Source: the human T2T-CHM13v2.0 reference genome, Homo sapiens. Taken from it: a DNA stretch of 64,000 nucleotides. A model generated the notes under the pieces. That model was given only the letters and a program-made list of their open reading frames with translations. It was not told where the DNA came from and made no database searches. Each line of letters starts with the position of its first letter. The stretch's first letter is position 1. Positions 27,230 to 42,030 of this stretch are shown piece by piece. Both the position numbers and the translations under genes were made by a program. The stretch is taken from the NCBI RefSeq assembly GCF_009914755.1, contig NC_060936.1, one strand, 5' to 3'.

Positions 27230-27430
27230 AGTGGAGAAGAGGGCAGATCGGGTTTCAGCTCTGTTGCTTTCCAGCTGTGGGACCTTGGTCAAGTTGTTCA
27301 ACTTCTATAAATTTCTGTTTTTACATCTGCAAAATGGGCATCTACTTCACAGCATTATAAAGATCAAATGAGATAATGCATGCAAAGTCATTAGCATAAT
27401 GCCTGGCACATTGTTCAAAAATATTAGCTA
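27230..27430 (+). mobile_element. MIR
   Basis: cagctgtgggaccttggtcaagttgttcaacttct...catctgcaaaatggg...aatgagataatgcatgcaaag. Confidence 0.85.
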
Positions 27431-27644
27431 CTATCACTGAATTAGAGAGGGTGATCATGCCAGTGCACATGCAAGTGTGAGCAGAAAAATTACACTTACT
27501 AAATGTTAGCTCTCCAAGGCATTCTGGCAACAAATTGATCAGGTTTTTACTCAAGCCATATGTGAGTGCCTTTTGTTTAACATTACAATAGCAGTTTTAA
27601 GAGCACAGAAATGGGGAAATGCAGAGCAAAAGGCTGCATGCTTA

Positions 27645-27940
27645 ACCTACGTATTTTGTTAATAATTTCAGTGAGACCGCTTAGCGCTTTTGCTAGCAAC
27701 AGGGAACTGAGATCCGCACTTCCCGCTGCTGTGTTAGAACTCTTGCCAGCCACAAGGGAATAGAGAGCTATTTGAGAAATTGCCTCTCTCCAGCCTCTAA
27801 TAATTATGTAAAGCGTATCATCGAGGACCTGTAATTGGTACAGAAGGCTACGGCTAGAAAACGAGACTATTACTCTCTACAATCTTCTTAGGATAAATGA
27901 TACATTTATCTTAAAGGAAAGAGAATTGTAATACGCACGA
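27645..27940 (-). promoter_or_regulatory. Putative low-CpG promoter / first exon (exon end 27651)
   Basis: 11 CpGs in ~290 bp; RFX X-box-like TGCTAGCAACAG (27691-27702); AGCGGGAAGTG ETS/E2F-like (27717-27727, minus); donor TAC|gtaggt. Confidence 0.4.
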
Positions 27941-29444
27941 ACAGGATGTAAAGGAAAGCAACTTCCTTGAATGGAGGATGCAGCTTAAGATATTACTATT
28001 CAGCAGAACTGACACCAATTGGAAATGAACAATAATGAAATGTAGAAGTTACAAGAAACAAAAGCCTTAACAGAAAAAAATGTAAATGGATTATAAAAAG
28101 AGAAGTTGCAAGTTTCACATAAAGTTTAGTCTTGGATACAAGACCTACCCAATGATTACCCACAAACAATTTCTTGGGCAGAAAGGCAAAGCAGAAAGAA
28201 ACAATATATAAAACAGAAAAGAACAAAAAATAATATGACTTACACAGGTGTAGAATAATATTTTGAAATGCCATCTAAAATATATATAATTCCTGGCAAT
28301 TTTGTCTCAAAATTCTCCACTCTTTGAAGCTGAGGCATCCATTTCTTAAATGAGAGGACAGGGCCAGGAAAGAAAAAAGAAGCTTTTGCCCACCTTGGAC
28401 TTCAAATTAGAACTGTTTCTATAAGGACTATGAAAACCTTGATTTTCCCTTGTAAGAGCTGGGCACTTAGAGGTTTTCTGCTGAACTCCAAAGATATTAT
28501 TTAAATAGCAAAATGAGCCTGAAGAATTGACTATCCATTTCTCCAATTAGCCTGGTGGATCCTGCAAACTGAGATCAAAACCCCAGAAGGGGAGGCAGAA
28601 ACTTTCCAGAGACTCAGCACCCATAAGCTGAGGAGACTCATGATCCCTGTTCAACCGAAACTCTCAGTGGTGCCTCACGCCCACGAAAGAAGGCTGCCAC
28701 AGAGAAGAAATGCCAGTGGGCGGGTCTCAACAGAGGACAAGCTGCCCCCGGTGCGCTTCACACCAGTTCCCCTTGGCACCTGCAGAGCAGGGAGGGGAGC
28801 TGGAACATCCCATGGCCCCTTCAGAGAGGCTTAGAAAGGGGCTGAGGGCTGCCGGCCAATGTGCTATTCTCTCAGGATGGTCTGAGACAAAAAAAATCTG
28901 TAGCAAAGGCTGTGAGTAGAACAAAGCCAGGAGTAGATGGAGGGCGTACCTGATTCTCAGAGAAAATTCAGCACCAGGAAAAAGCCAACGTGATGGTGAA
29001 GTCAGCAGAGACAGGCCTATGCTAAGATCAGATCACAGATCACAGATCACGGACACTTTAAGTAGCAGATGGGGTGAGGGCAGGGGCTCGTGCCTGAAGA
29101 CCAGGTGGGATGAGATAGCTCAGCAACAGCAAGAACAACCAGATACAGCTGGTAAGCCTGCCAATCTCTCTCCTCTAAAGCCTCAAGTCTGCATAATCAC
29201 CAAGCCGCCTTGCCACTCAGGAGGAAGAAGAACTCTAAAAGCCTCTATCTTTCTGCGAAAGAAGAGTGAGTCAGCCTGGAACTGACCTTGTTACCTTGAA
29301 TGGGCAAATTACAAGGAAATGGGGAAATGGAGATTCAAGAGCTACATGGAATTCAGGTATACAAAAATTAAGCTATCATATGTGACTCTAAGTTAAAAAT
29401 CCTCCAATACATTATACAGTATATCCAAGCTATGAAAAATTTAT

Positions 29445-29742
<298 letters not shown>

Positions 29743-30804
29743 GATTATCCCCAAATCCTATATAATCGAGGCTTTTAAGGTAAAAATGCTCATGAGAAAC
29801 ATAATAAAATGACTAATTTTAAAAGTGAAAAACTGTGCATTATAATTGATAAATTAACAATGATCTCATATCTTGGAATGTTCCTAGATTTCAATTTCTG
29901 CATATCCCTGAAGCCCAGTTACAACCTGCCCCATCTCTTCTCTCTCTGCAGTCAACATTTTCTTTTTGAAAGCAAATCTAACTGAGCCGTTTCCCTGTTG
30001 AAAATGCTCTCATATTCCCAAATGTAAAATCTCCTAACGACCCATAAGAGGAGACTCCTGAGCTGGGCTCCCATCTACAGCACCCATTCATCCATCCTCT
30101 ACCAACCCTGGACACGTGGAACCACTTTTAGTTGGTGACAGTACTAAGCAAAAATAAGATAATAACAGTAACAATAAGAGCAAGATAAAATTAATTTTAA
30201 AGATTAATATCTATATATCATCATACCACAAAAAGCACTCCCTAACAAATACCTTATTTGATCATGACAACAATACCGTGAAGAAGTGATGGCAGATACT
30301 GATATTACTGTTGTTAATTACTGTTATTACTATTGCTAACCCTATTTTATAGCATATAAATTAAGTCTCAACAGGTATAGGAATTTTTGCAAGATCACAC
30401 ACCTAAGTGAGAGCTATACGAGAGGTCTATGTCTCCATGTGCCCTTTTCACTCTATCTCACCATCTCCCAGTATCACTCTTTAGATAAATGAATTTCAAA
30501 TCTGGAAAGCTGGGGAATCGAGAAAGTAAAGCAATTAAAACTGTGGTGCATGAACCACTTGATCTTATGCTTTGTTTTTCTGGCTTTGCTAACTGCGTCA
30601 GTGTAGGAGATAAAGTTGTTTGAAGACTTCGCCTTCTGGCTTTGCCTTAGGAGTAAAACAAATTTTAATGAAAGTTAGCTTTTCAAAATATAGCAGTATT
30701 AGGAAATAAGAAAGACTGCTGAAGCATAGAAATGTTTGAAAAAGAAGGATTAATGTTCAAATCATAATGCCTAATTATAATATTTACAAAATATTTATAA
30801 ATGC

Positions 30805-30960
30805 AAATTTTCTCCCTGTGCCTCAACGTCCTCAGGGGTAAAATGGGATTAATAATGTACCCACTTTACAGGTTGTTATGAGGATTGAATGAGTGTCTGC
30901 CTTAAGGCACTTAAAATACTGCCTGGCATATAAGGAGCCTATTAATGTTAGTACTGTTAT
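30805..30960 (+). mobile_element. MIR
   Basis: ctgtgcctcaacgtcctca...gtaaaatgggattaataat...gttgttatgaggattgaatgag. Confidence 0.85.
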
Positions 30961-31499
30961 CATTTCTAGTGACATAATCATAAACTATAGATATCTCCAT
31001 CTAGGTCTTTTGTGTTTTCTTTTCTAGAGGTCAAGAATATTTACAACAGATATTTATTTGACCTTTTAAGTAATTTGAACATTCTACACATGCTTTGAGA
31101 GTGTTTAGAGTATGTCTCATGTATTTCTATTCTAAAATACAAAATCTCTTAAGAAACTAACCTCTAAGAAATGATTATAAGCTTACACTTTTCTTTAAAA
31201 ACTTTGAAGTTCAATATACTAAAAGAAACAGAGAGGTGGATCCCATGTTAAAAGTGCTTTTCCTTAGCCAGAGAAGATATTTATTCCTAGATGCACCCTC
31301 CACCAAAAGAGAAAAAAATGCTACTGTAGTTAAATATAAATTAAATTTAGATAACAATAGGCCCAGATCAGCAGCTGTCTGTCCTTGGTGTGCATCAAAA
31401 TCATCTAGGCTTCAAAAAGCTTTTAACAAACACAGAAATCAAGTTCTAACCCCGGTGATTCTGATTCAACTGGTCAGGGGCACAAACCTAAGAAATGAC

Positions 31500-31819
31500 T
31501 TTTTTATTCATTTTTATTTTATTTTATTTTATTTTGAGACAGGGTCTCTCTCTGTTGCCCAGGCTGGAGTGCAGTAGTGCAATCACCACTTACTGCAACC
31601 TCGACCTGGGGCTCAAGTGATCCTCCCACCTCAGCCTCCTGAGTAGCTGGAACCACAGGCGCACACCATCACACCCAGCTAATTTTTTTTCATTTTTTTT
31701 GTGGAGATGGGGTCTCAATATGCTGCCCCAGCTGGTCTCAAACTCTTAGACTCAAGCAATCATCTTACCTCAGCCTCCCAAAGTGCTAGGATTACAGGCA
31801 TGAACCACAGGGCCTAGCC
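31500..31819 (-). mobile_element. AluJ
   Basis: Antisense Alu with gggctcaagtgatcctcccacc. Confidence 0.95.
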
Positions 31820-31829
31820 AAGAACTGAC

Positions 31830-32121
<292 letters not shown>

Positions 32122-32636
32122 AGAACTGACATTTTTAAAGCCTGTTTAGGTTACAGGAATGTGTAGTCAGGGTTAGGAACCACAGATCTAGAGAATTTCA
32201 AGTTCCTATTTTTGCTAACAGGAGCTAAAATATTGTGAGTTTATAATATGTTTTTCTACTGAACACAGTTGCTATCATCAAATGTGAAAAGCCACATTTA
32301 AATAAATCAAATATCATTGAATAAATAAATAAAAATAAATAAATTCAAATCTGAGTAAGAGTGCCCTAAAAATATTTGAAGACTACATTTAAATAAACAT
32401 TTTGGCCTTTTATAATCATAATGGGACATTAATAAAGAAGCAATGCTAGAAGACAGAGTTGAACTACAAAAAATTGAAGCTCTAAGAAGTTACATGATTT
32501 GTCCAAAGAAATAAAGTCAGTGCCAGAGTCCAGTCTCAAACTTATTTTTCCTATCTGCCACCTTTCTCTATTGTAAGTCTAGTTGTTTGTCTGTGCACGG
32601 ATGTGGTACATACATTCCTTTTTAAAAATAATTTCA

Positions 32637-32940
<304 letters not shown>

Positions 32941-33378
32941 AATTTCAAAGACTTTTGGAGAACTATAATCCAACATTGCACATTATTAAGGTTATATATG
33001 TTGAATATTTTAAGATTTGTTTATAAAAGTCAAAGTAACTATGCCAAATAATCAGTGGTGTAAGGTAAAATTCATTCCTTGATCAGGATAAACAGCTAAT
33101 TGACTTCCAAATTTTGATCAAAGTTAATATCAATTTTCTTAAGCTCATAGTTTATTCTATTTGCATAATTTTAAGGCTTAAATGTGTAACACAAATGTCA
33201 TCATGTGTTAACTGTACTAACCTGCTATATTTCACATCATTGAATTTGGAGCTACATTTCTAATAGTAATAATAACTGCCACTGATCGAGTGCCTAATAT
33301 ATGCCATGCATTGTACTATTTTACATATATGGCCTTTAGATTAAATTTCATAGAGAGGTAAACGGAGGCTCAGCTACT

Positions 33379-33687
33379 GTTTTTTTTTGTTTTTTGTTTT
33401 TTTTATCTTACAGGGTCTCACTTTGTCACCCAGGATGGAGTGCAGTGGTGTAATCACGGCTCAATGTAGCCTTGACCTCCCAGGCTCTCAAACTGTCCTC
33501 CCAACAGCCTCCCAATAGCTGGGACTACAGGTATGTGCCACCATGCCTGGCTAATATTTACATTTTTAGTAGAGACAGGGTCTCACTATGTTACTCAGTC
33601 TGGTCTAGAACCCCTGGGCTCAAGCAATGTTCCCACCTCAGCCTCCCAAAATGTTGGGATTACAGTTGTGAGCCACCACACCCGGCC
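33379..33687 (-). mobile_element. AluJ inserted in a MIR (MIR arms ~33270-33378 and ~33688-33790)
   Basis: Antisense Alu; MIR gaggtaaacggaggctcag resumes as gctcagagaacttaaa. Confidence 0.93.
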
Positions 33688-36139
33688 AGCTCAGAGAACT
33701 TAAAATGCTCGTGAACATAGCCATTTGGTGGCAAAGTAAATTTCCGATCCAGGTCAGTTTTGCTCCAAAGGCAATGCTTGAACCACAAACATATTTTACC
33801 TTATGACGATTAGAAATCTAAGCTTAATCTTATTGAATGCAAACCCAACTAAAATTAAAACTTTTAGGTAAAACTGATTTTAACTATAATTTAGGTTTAA
33901 AAAAATTGCCTGTGAAAACACTGATGCTGTTAACATGAACACAGGTGAACACAAGTCAAAACTGGATAATGCTGAGTAATGCTGTTAAAGAACTTACTTG
34001 TTAGTCTGGGTGTCAGAGAAAGATGACACAACATTCGAAAGTACTACAGCTGCAACTAAATACTATTCTCTGCTCAGTATCAAATAGTTAGCATCAGGGA
34101 ATATAAAATTAGGGGAAAAAAGAATAGATAAAATTTTAATAAATGTAAATAATCATAACTGGAATACAAATGAGTTTATTATACATATTGATGGGTTAAC
34201 CATCTTTAGATCTGAAAAAGAAATTATCTGCCTAAAGAAGAATTTTAGCAAGAGGGTAGAGAATGTGACAGGGTAACAGGTGTGCTGTGTCTAGAAAGAA
34301 CTTCATTAATGCCAGAATTGAAACACAGGCTGTGGATCTTTTATCTTGCAGGATCACCAGTGGATGCTCAATGACTTTATGAGGTCTTCCTCAGAGACTT
34401 AACATCACAGAGAACATATGGATTTGAAAGGGAAATGGGGAAAGTAGTAAAGTGTTGCTATATTTTAATGTTATTCTAAAATTACATAGTGCATTTAAAC
34501 AGCAATTTTATAATTGTTATAAAGTAACTAGAAGTCATGTATACTTCAATAAGGAATTTGTCTTAATGAAGTAAAAGTGAAAAGATCTCAAAGCAAGGTA
34601 AAGCTTTTATATTTTTTTCCACCATGAAGATTTAGTCCATATTTAGACAAGCACTAGCAAAAGTCCCAACCATTTTGGAGATAATGTCAAGAATGATTAA
34701 AATTCATACAAGGCCTTGCATAGCCTTACTATGAAATATTAAGTAGGTTGCAGTTGGGACTCAATGGTCCAGAACCTCTCAAGGGCTCAAGTTTTGCGTA
34801 TCAAGAACCTAGCAGAGCAGCTACCCCTGGGAAAATGTTCATATCTGGCCACAAAGCACATACTTTCAGAAGGATGGGACAGTGGATGGCCTGGCTGCAG
34901 TCAGGAAGTAACAAGAAAGGATTTCTCTCCCATCTGAAGGTTGCACCAGAAGGATGTGGGCTGATGTGGTGATTTTAGAATGATGACCGAAGAATACAAA
35001 GTAGAAGAGGAGTATCTGCATCCTCCTCATCACAGGGGCTAAACACTGGGAGGGATGAGCCTCTGTTTGGTGTTTCCCTCCACAGAGCATTGAGGTAGCC
35101 ATGCTCCTTAAAGACGACAAGGATAAAAACCATAAAATTAAATCAGTAGGAAGAAAAATGCTTTGACATGGAGATTTCCTTCCTTCTCTCTCATGGGAAA
35201 GTACCTTGAGAAAGAGCTGACAGATGAGGAGATGCCATTAGAAAATATGACTGAGGCAAATTCTTCCCCTATAAGGAGGAAAAGGAATTCGAAGCCTCTT
35301 AAGAAAATTCCACCATGTTTCCTGAGACAGAGGAGTGAGAAGAGCAGACTATGACATACCTCCAGTGGGACATAGCGAGAAATTCCAGTTCAAACCAGAC
35401 AGCAATCTTCTTCCTAATGGATGGGCAGAGGAAATACAGCTTAGATAGTAAAAATCAAGGGCCTGTGATGGCTCAGGGCAATCCTGGCAATAAGGAAAAA
35501 GAAACTCATGGCATCTCAGGGGAAGTAGCACCCACACTTGCTGTGAGGAGACACAAGGGCAGAAGTGGTGTCAGGGTGAGCACAGGTGAAATATGGGGTC
35601 CAGAGATGATAGTAGAGATGGTGACAGGGTAGTGACAGCTGGAGACTCTGGCTCTTAAAGTTGTCCCATTGCACAGCCTGGAAGGGACAGGTAGGAATTC
35701 CATCACCAATTCCACCTTGGTCCCAGCCACCATCATCTCTTACCTGGATGACTACAGCAGCCTCCTAATTGGTCTCCCTGCTTCCCCTTTGTCCCTTCAG
35801 TGTTGATTCAACATAACTTCCAGAGAGAACCTTTTTTAAAAAATGTTTTATTTAGAAATAATTTTAGACTCACAAGAAATGGCAAAAACAATACAGAGAA
35901 ATTCTGTGTATCCTTCTCCCAGGTCTCACCAATGAGAGCAAGTTACATAACCATAGTACATCACACAGCTGGCATTGGTACAATACTTTATCTAAATGAG
36001 AGACCTTTTCAGGAGTCTACCACTCTTTTCATGTACTCACTTATATATATATATATACACATATATACACATTTTTGCTATGAAATGTTATCACACATAT
36101 GGATTTGTGCAATCATTATTACAATCAGGATACAAAACT

Positions 36140-36468
36140 GGAATGGATGTGGTAGCTCACACGTGCAATCCCTGCATTTTGGGAGGCCAAGGCAGGAGGA
36201 CTGCTTGAGCCTACAACTTTGAGGCAAGCCTAGGCAACATAATGAGACCCCATCTCTACAAAAATTTCATTTTATTTTAAATAAGCCAGGTATGGTGGTG
36301 CACACCTGTGGTCTGAGCTACTTGGGAGGCTGAGTCGGGAGGATTGCTGGAGCCTAGGAGGTCAAGGCTACAGTGAGCCAAATAGCACCAATGCAGTCCA
36401 GCCTAGGTGATAGAGCAAGACGCTGCCTCATAAACAAAACAAAACAAAGACAAAAACAAAAAACAAAA
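36140..36468 (+). mobile_element. AluJ
   Basis: TSD-like ggatacaaaactg / ggatgcagaactg; (AAAAC)n tail. Confidence 0.93.
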
Positions 36469-36711
36469 TGGATGCAGAACTGTTCCATCACCACAAAGAA
36501 ACATCCTATGCCACTCATTTACAGGTATACCCTTCCCCAACCCTAAACCCCAACAACCACTGATCTGTTCTCCATCACTATGATTTTTCCATTTTGAACA
36601 TGTTATATAAGTGGAACCATACAGTATAAAACCTTTTGAAATTGGCTTTTTTTTTCAGTTAGCATAATGTCCTTGAGATCCATGCAAGCTGTTAAATGTA
36701 TTTGATATCTC

Positions 36712-37001
36712 TTTATTTTTATTATTTTTTGAGAAAGAGTCTGCTCTGTTGCCCAGGCTGAGTACAGTGGTGCGATCATGTTTCACACAGCCTCCCAGGC
36801 TCAAGAGATCCTCCCACCTCAGCCTCCTAAGTAGCTGGAACTACAGGTATACACCACCACACCCGACTAATTTTTTTTCCTGCTAGAGATGGGGTCTCAC
36901 CATGTTGCCCAAGCTAATCTAGAACTCCTATGCTCAAGCAATCCTCCTGCCTTGGCCTCCCAAAGTGCTGGGAATACAGGTGTGAGCCACTGCACATGGC
37001 T
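36712..37001 (-). mobile_element. AluJ with internal deletion
   Basis: Antisense Alu, ctcaagcaatcctcctgccttggcc. Confidence 0.93.
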
Positions 37002-38498
37002 GTTTTTATTCTTGAGTAGTTTTCCATCATACTGATATACCAAAGTTTGTTTTTCCATTTACCCATTGAGCACTGAAAGACATTTGGGGTTATTTCTGAT
37101 TTGGGACTATTACAAATAAAGCTTTTATGAACATGAATACATAAGATTTTGTGCAAACATACATTCTTATTTCTCTAGGATAAATACCCAGCAATGTGAT
37201 TGCAGAGTCAAAGGGTTAATGTACGTTAAACCTCATTGGAAATTGCCAAATATTTTCAAGATCATTTTAAATCAAAGGTCATGTTAAATCACCTCTTATT
37301 CAAAACCCTCCAATGGTTTCAGCATCTTACTCAAACCAAAAGCCAAAGTCTGTCATTCAGTCATCCCAAAGACCCTATACAACCCAGCCCCTGATCCCGC
37401 TCTAGCTTCATCTCTATTCCTCTTCTCCCTGATCATCCAGCTCCAGCCACACTGGTCTCCTTTCTACTCCTCTCACCAGCCAGGCCACTCCCAACTCAGG
37501 GCCTGTGTACTTGCTGCTCCTTCTGCCTGGAATGCTCATCCCTCAAAAGTCCACATGCCTTGCTTCCTCACCCATAAGGTCCAGCCTTTCAACTAAAGTA
37601 CCTCCCTTTCCTGTTTTATTTTATCCAGAAAGGACACATTTAAAAGTCTTTCTCCAATATCTTCTGTAAGTACCCGTTGGGGTTCATGGAGGAAAGCCCT
37701 AGAGAGTACACGCACTCCCACAATTCTGTCTCTCCTCAGGTTCTTCAGTTTCCTATCAGTTCACTCTCAGCCTCCATCAATTTACCCAACAGCGTCTACC
37801 CCCTACCAAGCCAGCATGTGTGTCTTGTCTCTTTCTGGAGGCCCCATTCTCTTCTTAGATTCTGAGTCAGTTGGTTGTCCTACAACCAAGGTCCTCTATG
37901 AGTTCCAGACAATTCATAACTTATAGTTTGATACACTTTTTAATTTTTGCATTATAAGAATAGAAACAATGCTCCTTCTAGCTGCCTATGCCCCAGGAGG
38001 AAAGCCAGGGTCTTCTGTATCCCAGTGTGTGCTGAATGATGTTCTATGATCACTGGCCCTGACACATTTCCCTGACTTTGCCTTCCAAGGTCCTCATATG
38101 CCCAGGACTGCCAAGGCTCCTGAGCTAATCATGAAAATGGCAAGAATTAGATCAGAAGACACAAACTGCCTCCCATACACAGACTTAGGAATTAAATTGT
38201 GCTGTCAATCAGACCCTGCAAGGGACAAGCAGTAGAGGTCCCTCAGGCCTTCCAATGGCAACTTTTCCAGTTACTGTGTTGAAACATTTTTTTCCATAAT
38301 CTTTGTGGACATGCTGACCAATAACTTTGACTCCTTGTAGGACTAGAACCCTAGCCAAAGACCCATCTAAGCCCCTCTCTCAGGGTCTTGCTGCCATCCT
38401 CCAGTCAGTGGTTGCCATGCTGCTGTGAAGAAGCAGGTGCCTCTGCTGTGGATTAGCTATGCCTGACTTTGCACTCTGTGCTCCACCTGGAACCCCCA

Positions 38499-38557
38499 AT
38501 GTGCCAGATTGTCAGCCTCTGGTACCATGTGCCAGATTGTCAGCCTCTGTTACCATG
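38499..38557 (+). repeat. 28-bp tandem duplication
   Basis: atgtgccagattgtcagcctctg(g/t)tacc x2, one mismatch, followed by atg. Confidence 0.95.
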
Positions 38558-38614
38558 AACTGCCTTCACCACACCCATTCTTGGGATAGGTCTGTGGATT
38601 GTTCAGATGCCCTT

Positions 38615-38976
38615 TGATATGGTTTGGCTGTGTCCCCACCCAAATCTCATCTTGAATTGTAGCTCCTATAATCCCCACATGTCATGGGAAGGATCTGGTG
38701 GGAGGTAATTGAATCAAGGGGGTGGGTTTTTCCCATGCTGTTCTCATGATAGTGAATAAGTCTCACAATATCTGATGGTTTCATAAAGGGCAGTTCCCCT
38801 ACACACGTTCTCTTGCCTGCTGCCATGTAAGATATGCCTTTGCTCCTCCTTTGCCTTCCACCATGATTGTGAGGCCTCCCAGCCACGTGAAACTGTCAGT
38901 CCACTAAATCTCTTTTTCTTTATAAATTACCCAGCCTCAGGTATCTCTTGTAGCAGTGTGAGAACAGACTAATGCA
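38615..38976 (+). mobile_element. THE1 (C/D-like) solo LTR, intact
   Basis: tgatatggtttggctgtgtccccacccaaatctcatcttgaattg...cagactaatgca; perfect 5-bp TSD ccctt at 38610-14 and 38977-81. Confidence 0.95.
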
Positions 38977-40439
38977 CCCTTATAGTAGTCAACTGTCACA
39001 GCCTCACTTGGTCTGGATCCATTCTCTCCCCTTGTTTCTACCTGAGCCCTGTACTGAGGTATGGGTAATGTTCTCTACTGGGCACCATTAACAAGCAGAA
39101 ATGAGATTTGATTAGCAACCACTGCCTTATTCAAGAATTTCTCCCCAAAGGTAAAGCTGGCCGCAGACCCACCACTACCTCCTGCAGTTAATGTAACCAG
39201 TGGTACTGGTTTACTTTCATATTAATGTTCATTTACCAGAAGATGAGGAAGTTATATACACTCCATAGTACACTGTGTTTCTTATCATATTTTTAAAAGC
39301 AACACTAATACATTTTTGTTACTAGTTTAGCCTAAATAATAAATGTGTTTAAAACTCAAAATGACTATGGCCACTTCTTATATCAGAGGGGAAAGTTAAA
39401 ATTCCTGTCATTGAGAAAAAAGTCACTGCCAGTTCTGCTATACTGGTAAAGAATCAATGGTCATTTTGTTTAGCAAGATATTAACAAATTTTTAGACAAA
39501 GGCAGGCATGAAGTCAAATAAGGAGTTGCCAGCTAGACAACTGTGCATAAAATGCGAGAAAAACTGTATTTAAAGTATAGCTAGAACTGGAGCAGGATGA
39601 AGCTGCAAGAGACTGGAGCTTGCTACAAGGGTGACCTAAGAGAATTCTGTGATGGGATGACTGGAGGACATTTAGAAACAGAAAATTCTAAATTCAGTTT
39701 GAGGTTGTGTTGTGGTGATGGAACTGCTAACTGATCCCTGTTGCCCCAAACATTCAATAAAGTCTGTTATACCTAAAAATGCCTTGTGTGTGTGCAATCC
39801 ACAGGGAAGTCTAGGAGGAGAAGGAAGCCAGGTATGGGTCACTATGGAGCATAGGGAAGCAGATGGCAAGGGAGATCAACACTTCAATGGGAACTGAAAG
39901 TCAAAGTCAGAGTGACTGTGAGAATATTACCTCTGAGGAATTTGAAAAAAAAAAAAAAAAAAAAAAAAAAAACTTTGGTGGGCCTGAATGCCCCATTGGA
40001 TGTAGAAAAGAGGGTTTTTGTCAGTGTTTTGTGAATCCAGTCAAGAAGGGCTTCTAAGGTGTCATCTGTGATATGCTTTTGCATATGAATGGCTACCCCT
40101 TCCAGAGATGTGGTTGTGGTATAAGTTAATGTCATGGTGACATAAAGAAAGATGTGAAGGGGTTAAAATACTGCTGCAAAGAACAGCTCTGGCAGACTGA
40201 AGAATAAGTCAGGAAGCTGTTTTTAGAATCAAGAGAGTTCTAAGTTAACCAGCCATAATAAATTCTGTATTCGAAGTTAAGTGTCACGAAACAAGAATTA
40301 AGAAGATAGCTTGGCAGTTTTCTGGTTCCAAGATTTCAAAAACATTCCCATGATAAAGGAACAAATAATTAGAATGTGTCAAGGCATTTTCCAGACACTC
40401 TTCCGAAGACCTGTTCCGAAGGCAACACGAAGCTGCTCT

Positions 40440-40700
40440 GAGAGGCAGTGTCACACAGTGGTTACACATGCAGGCTCGGGAGCCAGTTTGCCTGAGTCCA
40501 AGTGCTAGCTCAGCTGTTTGCCAGCTGCGTGCTCCTGGGCATGTTGCTTATATTTGCTGTGATTCCATTTTCTTATCTATAAAATGTGAACAATAATAAA
40601 CAGTTAGAAATTCACAGTGTTGTTGGGAAGATGGCATGAATCAATGCATGGGAAGCACTTAGATGGGCACCCAGCACCCAGGAGGCACTCGGTATGTGTC
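40440..40700 (+). mobile_element. MIR, near full length
   Basis: cagtggttacac...ccagctgcgtgctcctgggcatgttgctt...tctataaaatg...aagcacttag. Confidence 0.85.
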
Positions 40701-41714
40701 AATGCTCTTTTCATGAAAGAGCTATAAGCGCTCACTGAAAGTGCCCTAAAGCCCTGCCCCAAGAGCTAAGAATCACACTCCCCTACTTAGGGAGAAAGCT
40801 TAAGGTCACAGTTTTGGAGTCTTCCATGGAGGTGAGAATCAAGACAGAGCAACTTTCAGAGTTTCTGCCTCCTTATTAGCCTCTGAAAATACAGAAAACT
40901 CCACTAGTTTAACAACTGCACATGCTATAATACCATTTAGGTCAGAAAAATACAATGTTCCCTTAATTAAGACCCAGAGGTTACAGCTGAGGAAGGCAAT
41001 CAGCCGCTTCAGAACATATGCTTCAAAGACCAACCTACAAATGCATGGGAGGCAGTCATGATGGTGGCAGATGAGCTAAACAGACAAGGGTTTTCTCTAA
41101 ATAGAGATTTTCACAAACAGTTGATGAAATGGCAGTACACCAGGTAACAGATCCAATTATGGCAAAACAGGGGAAATTAACGCTATGCCTCAGGCATACC
41201 GTGTTTAGACCAGTGATTTCTTTTTGTGAATTCTAATATGTATTTTTTACTGTGATTTTGAAATACCTTTCTAATGTTTCCTTGTTCAAGATGTAAGTGT
41301 GAATCCAAACACATGCATACACACCAGTTATGGCTTTGTAAAACCAAGTAATAATAATCCGCCACAAATTGCTAGGATCCATTTTTCAATAAAAAATAAA
41401 AGCCAAATCCTCGCAAAACAAAGAAAAATAATCAGTACTGACAAGAATACATTGCCTAACCTGTGTACTGTAAAATCTCAAGCAACAGTACAGTAGTTAA
41501 AGGGGAAAATAATGTTTATTTATCACCTTTATCACCTAAATGCGTGTCCAAATACTATGTTCCACATTCCCCAAAAAATCTACAAAGTGGAGGAATTTTT
41601 AAGATCCTTTTATTTATGTTAGCCGAGGCAAGAACTGAGATTCAAAAGCAGTTCTGTCTGAGTTCAAAGCCTGTGTTGTGCCCACTACACTAATATCCCG
41701 AGACACAGAGTCCT

Positions 41715-42030
41715 TAGCCTTCCTCAGGAACTGGTTATAGCTTATGGCATTTTTTTCTTTAATGATGCTCACTCCTAAGAAATGTTTCCTAATATTTAAT
41801 CTAAATCCCTCTCTTCTCTTCCAGTTTAAACAATTCCTTTTATTTGTGTCCTCGATGGGGAGAGAGAACATTGGTCAGTGTCCTCCTTAATAACAGCTCT
41901 TTAACAGTTATTAAATTGCTTCTACTCCAGGCTAAATGCATCCAACTCCTTTAACCTTTTGTTAAAGGGCCAATTTTCTAACCTATTGATAATTGCATTT
42001 GCTCTTCTCTGGACCTTTTCCAAGCTCTGG
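41715..42030 (-). mobile_element. L3/CR1 LINE ORF2 3' remnant
   Basis: Minus ORF 41614..41871 contains EGFRLNIRKHFL, like the CR1 RT C-terminal motif RFRLDIRKNF. Confidence 0.75.

Larger units (their letters stand above)
35690..37600. mobile_element. L2 (arms 35690-35835 and 37260-37600) interrupted by antisense L1M fragments containing two AluJ
   Basis: L2 cctcctaattggtctccctgcttcc resumes at caaaaccctccaatgg; L1M 3'UTR motifs accactgatctgttctccatc, ctaggataaatacccag. Confidence 0.75.

Noticed and set aside
26301-29050. Short tandem units (gcagacaag x3 at 26301-26329; agatcac x3 at ~29025-29050)
   Set aside because: Ordinary slippage repeats with no supporting structure
37640-39230. Possible old L1 5' or ERVL-internal sequence around the THE1 LTR
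   Set aside because: Looks repeat-derived, but I could not assign a family or boundaries with confidence
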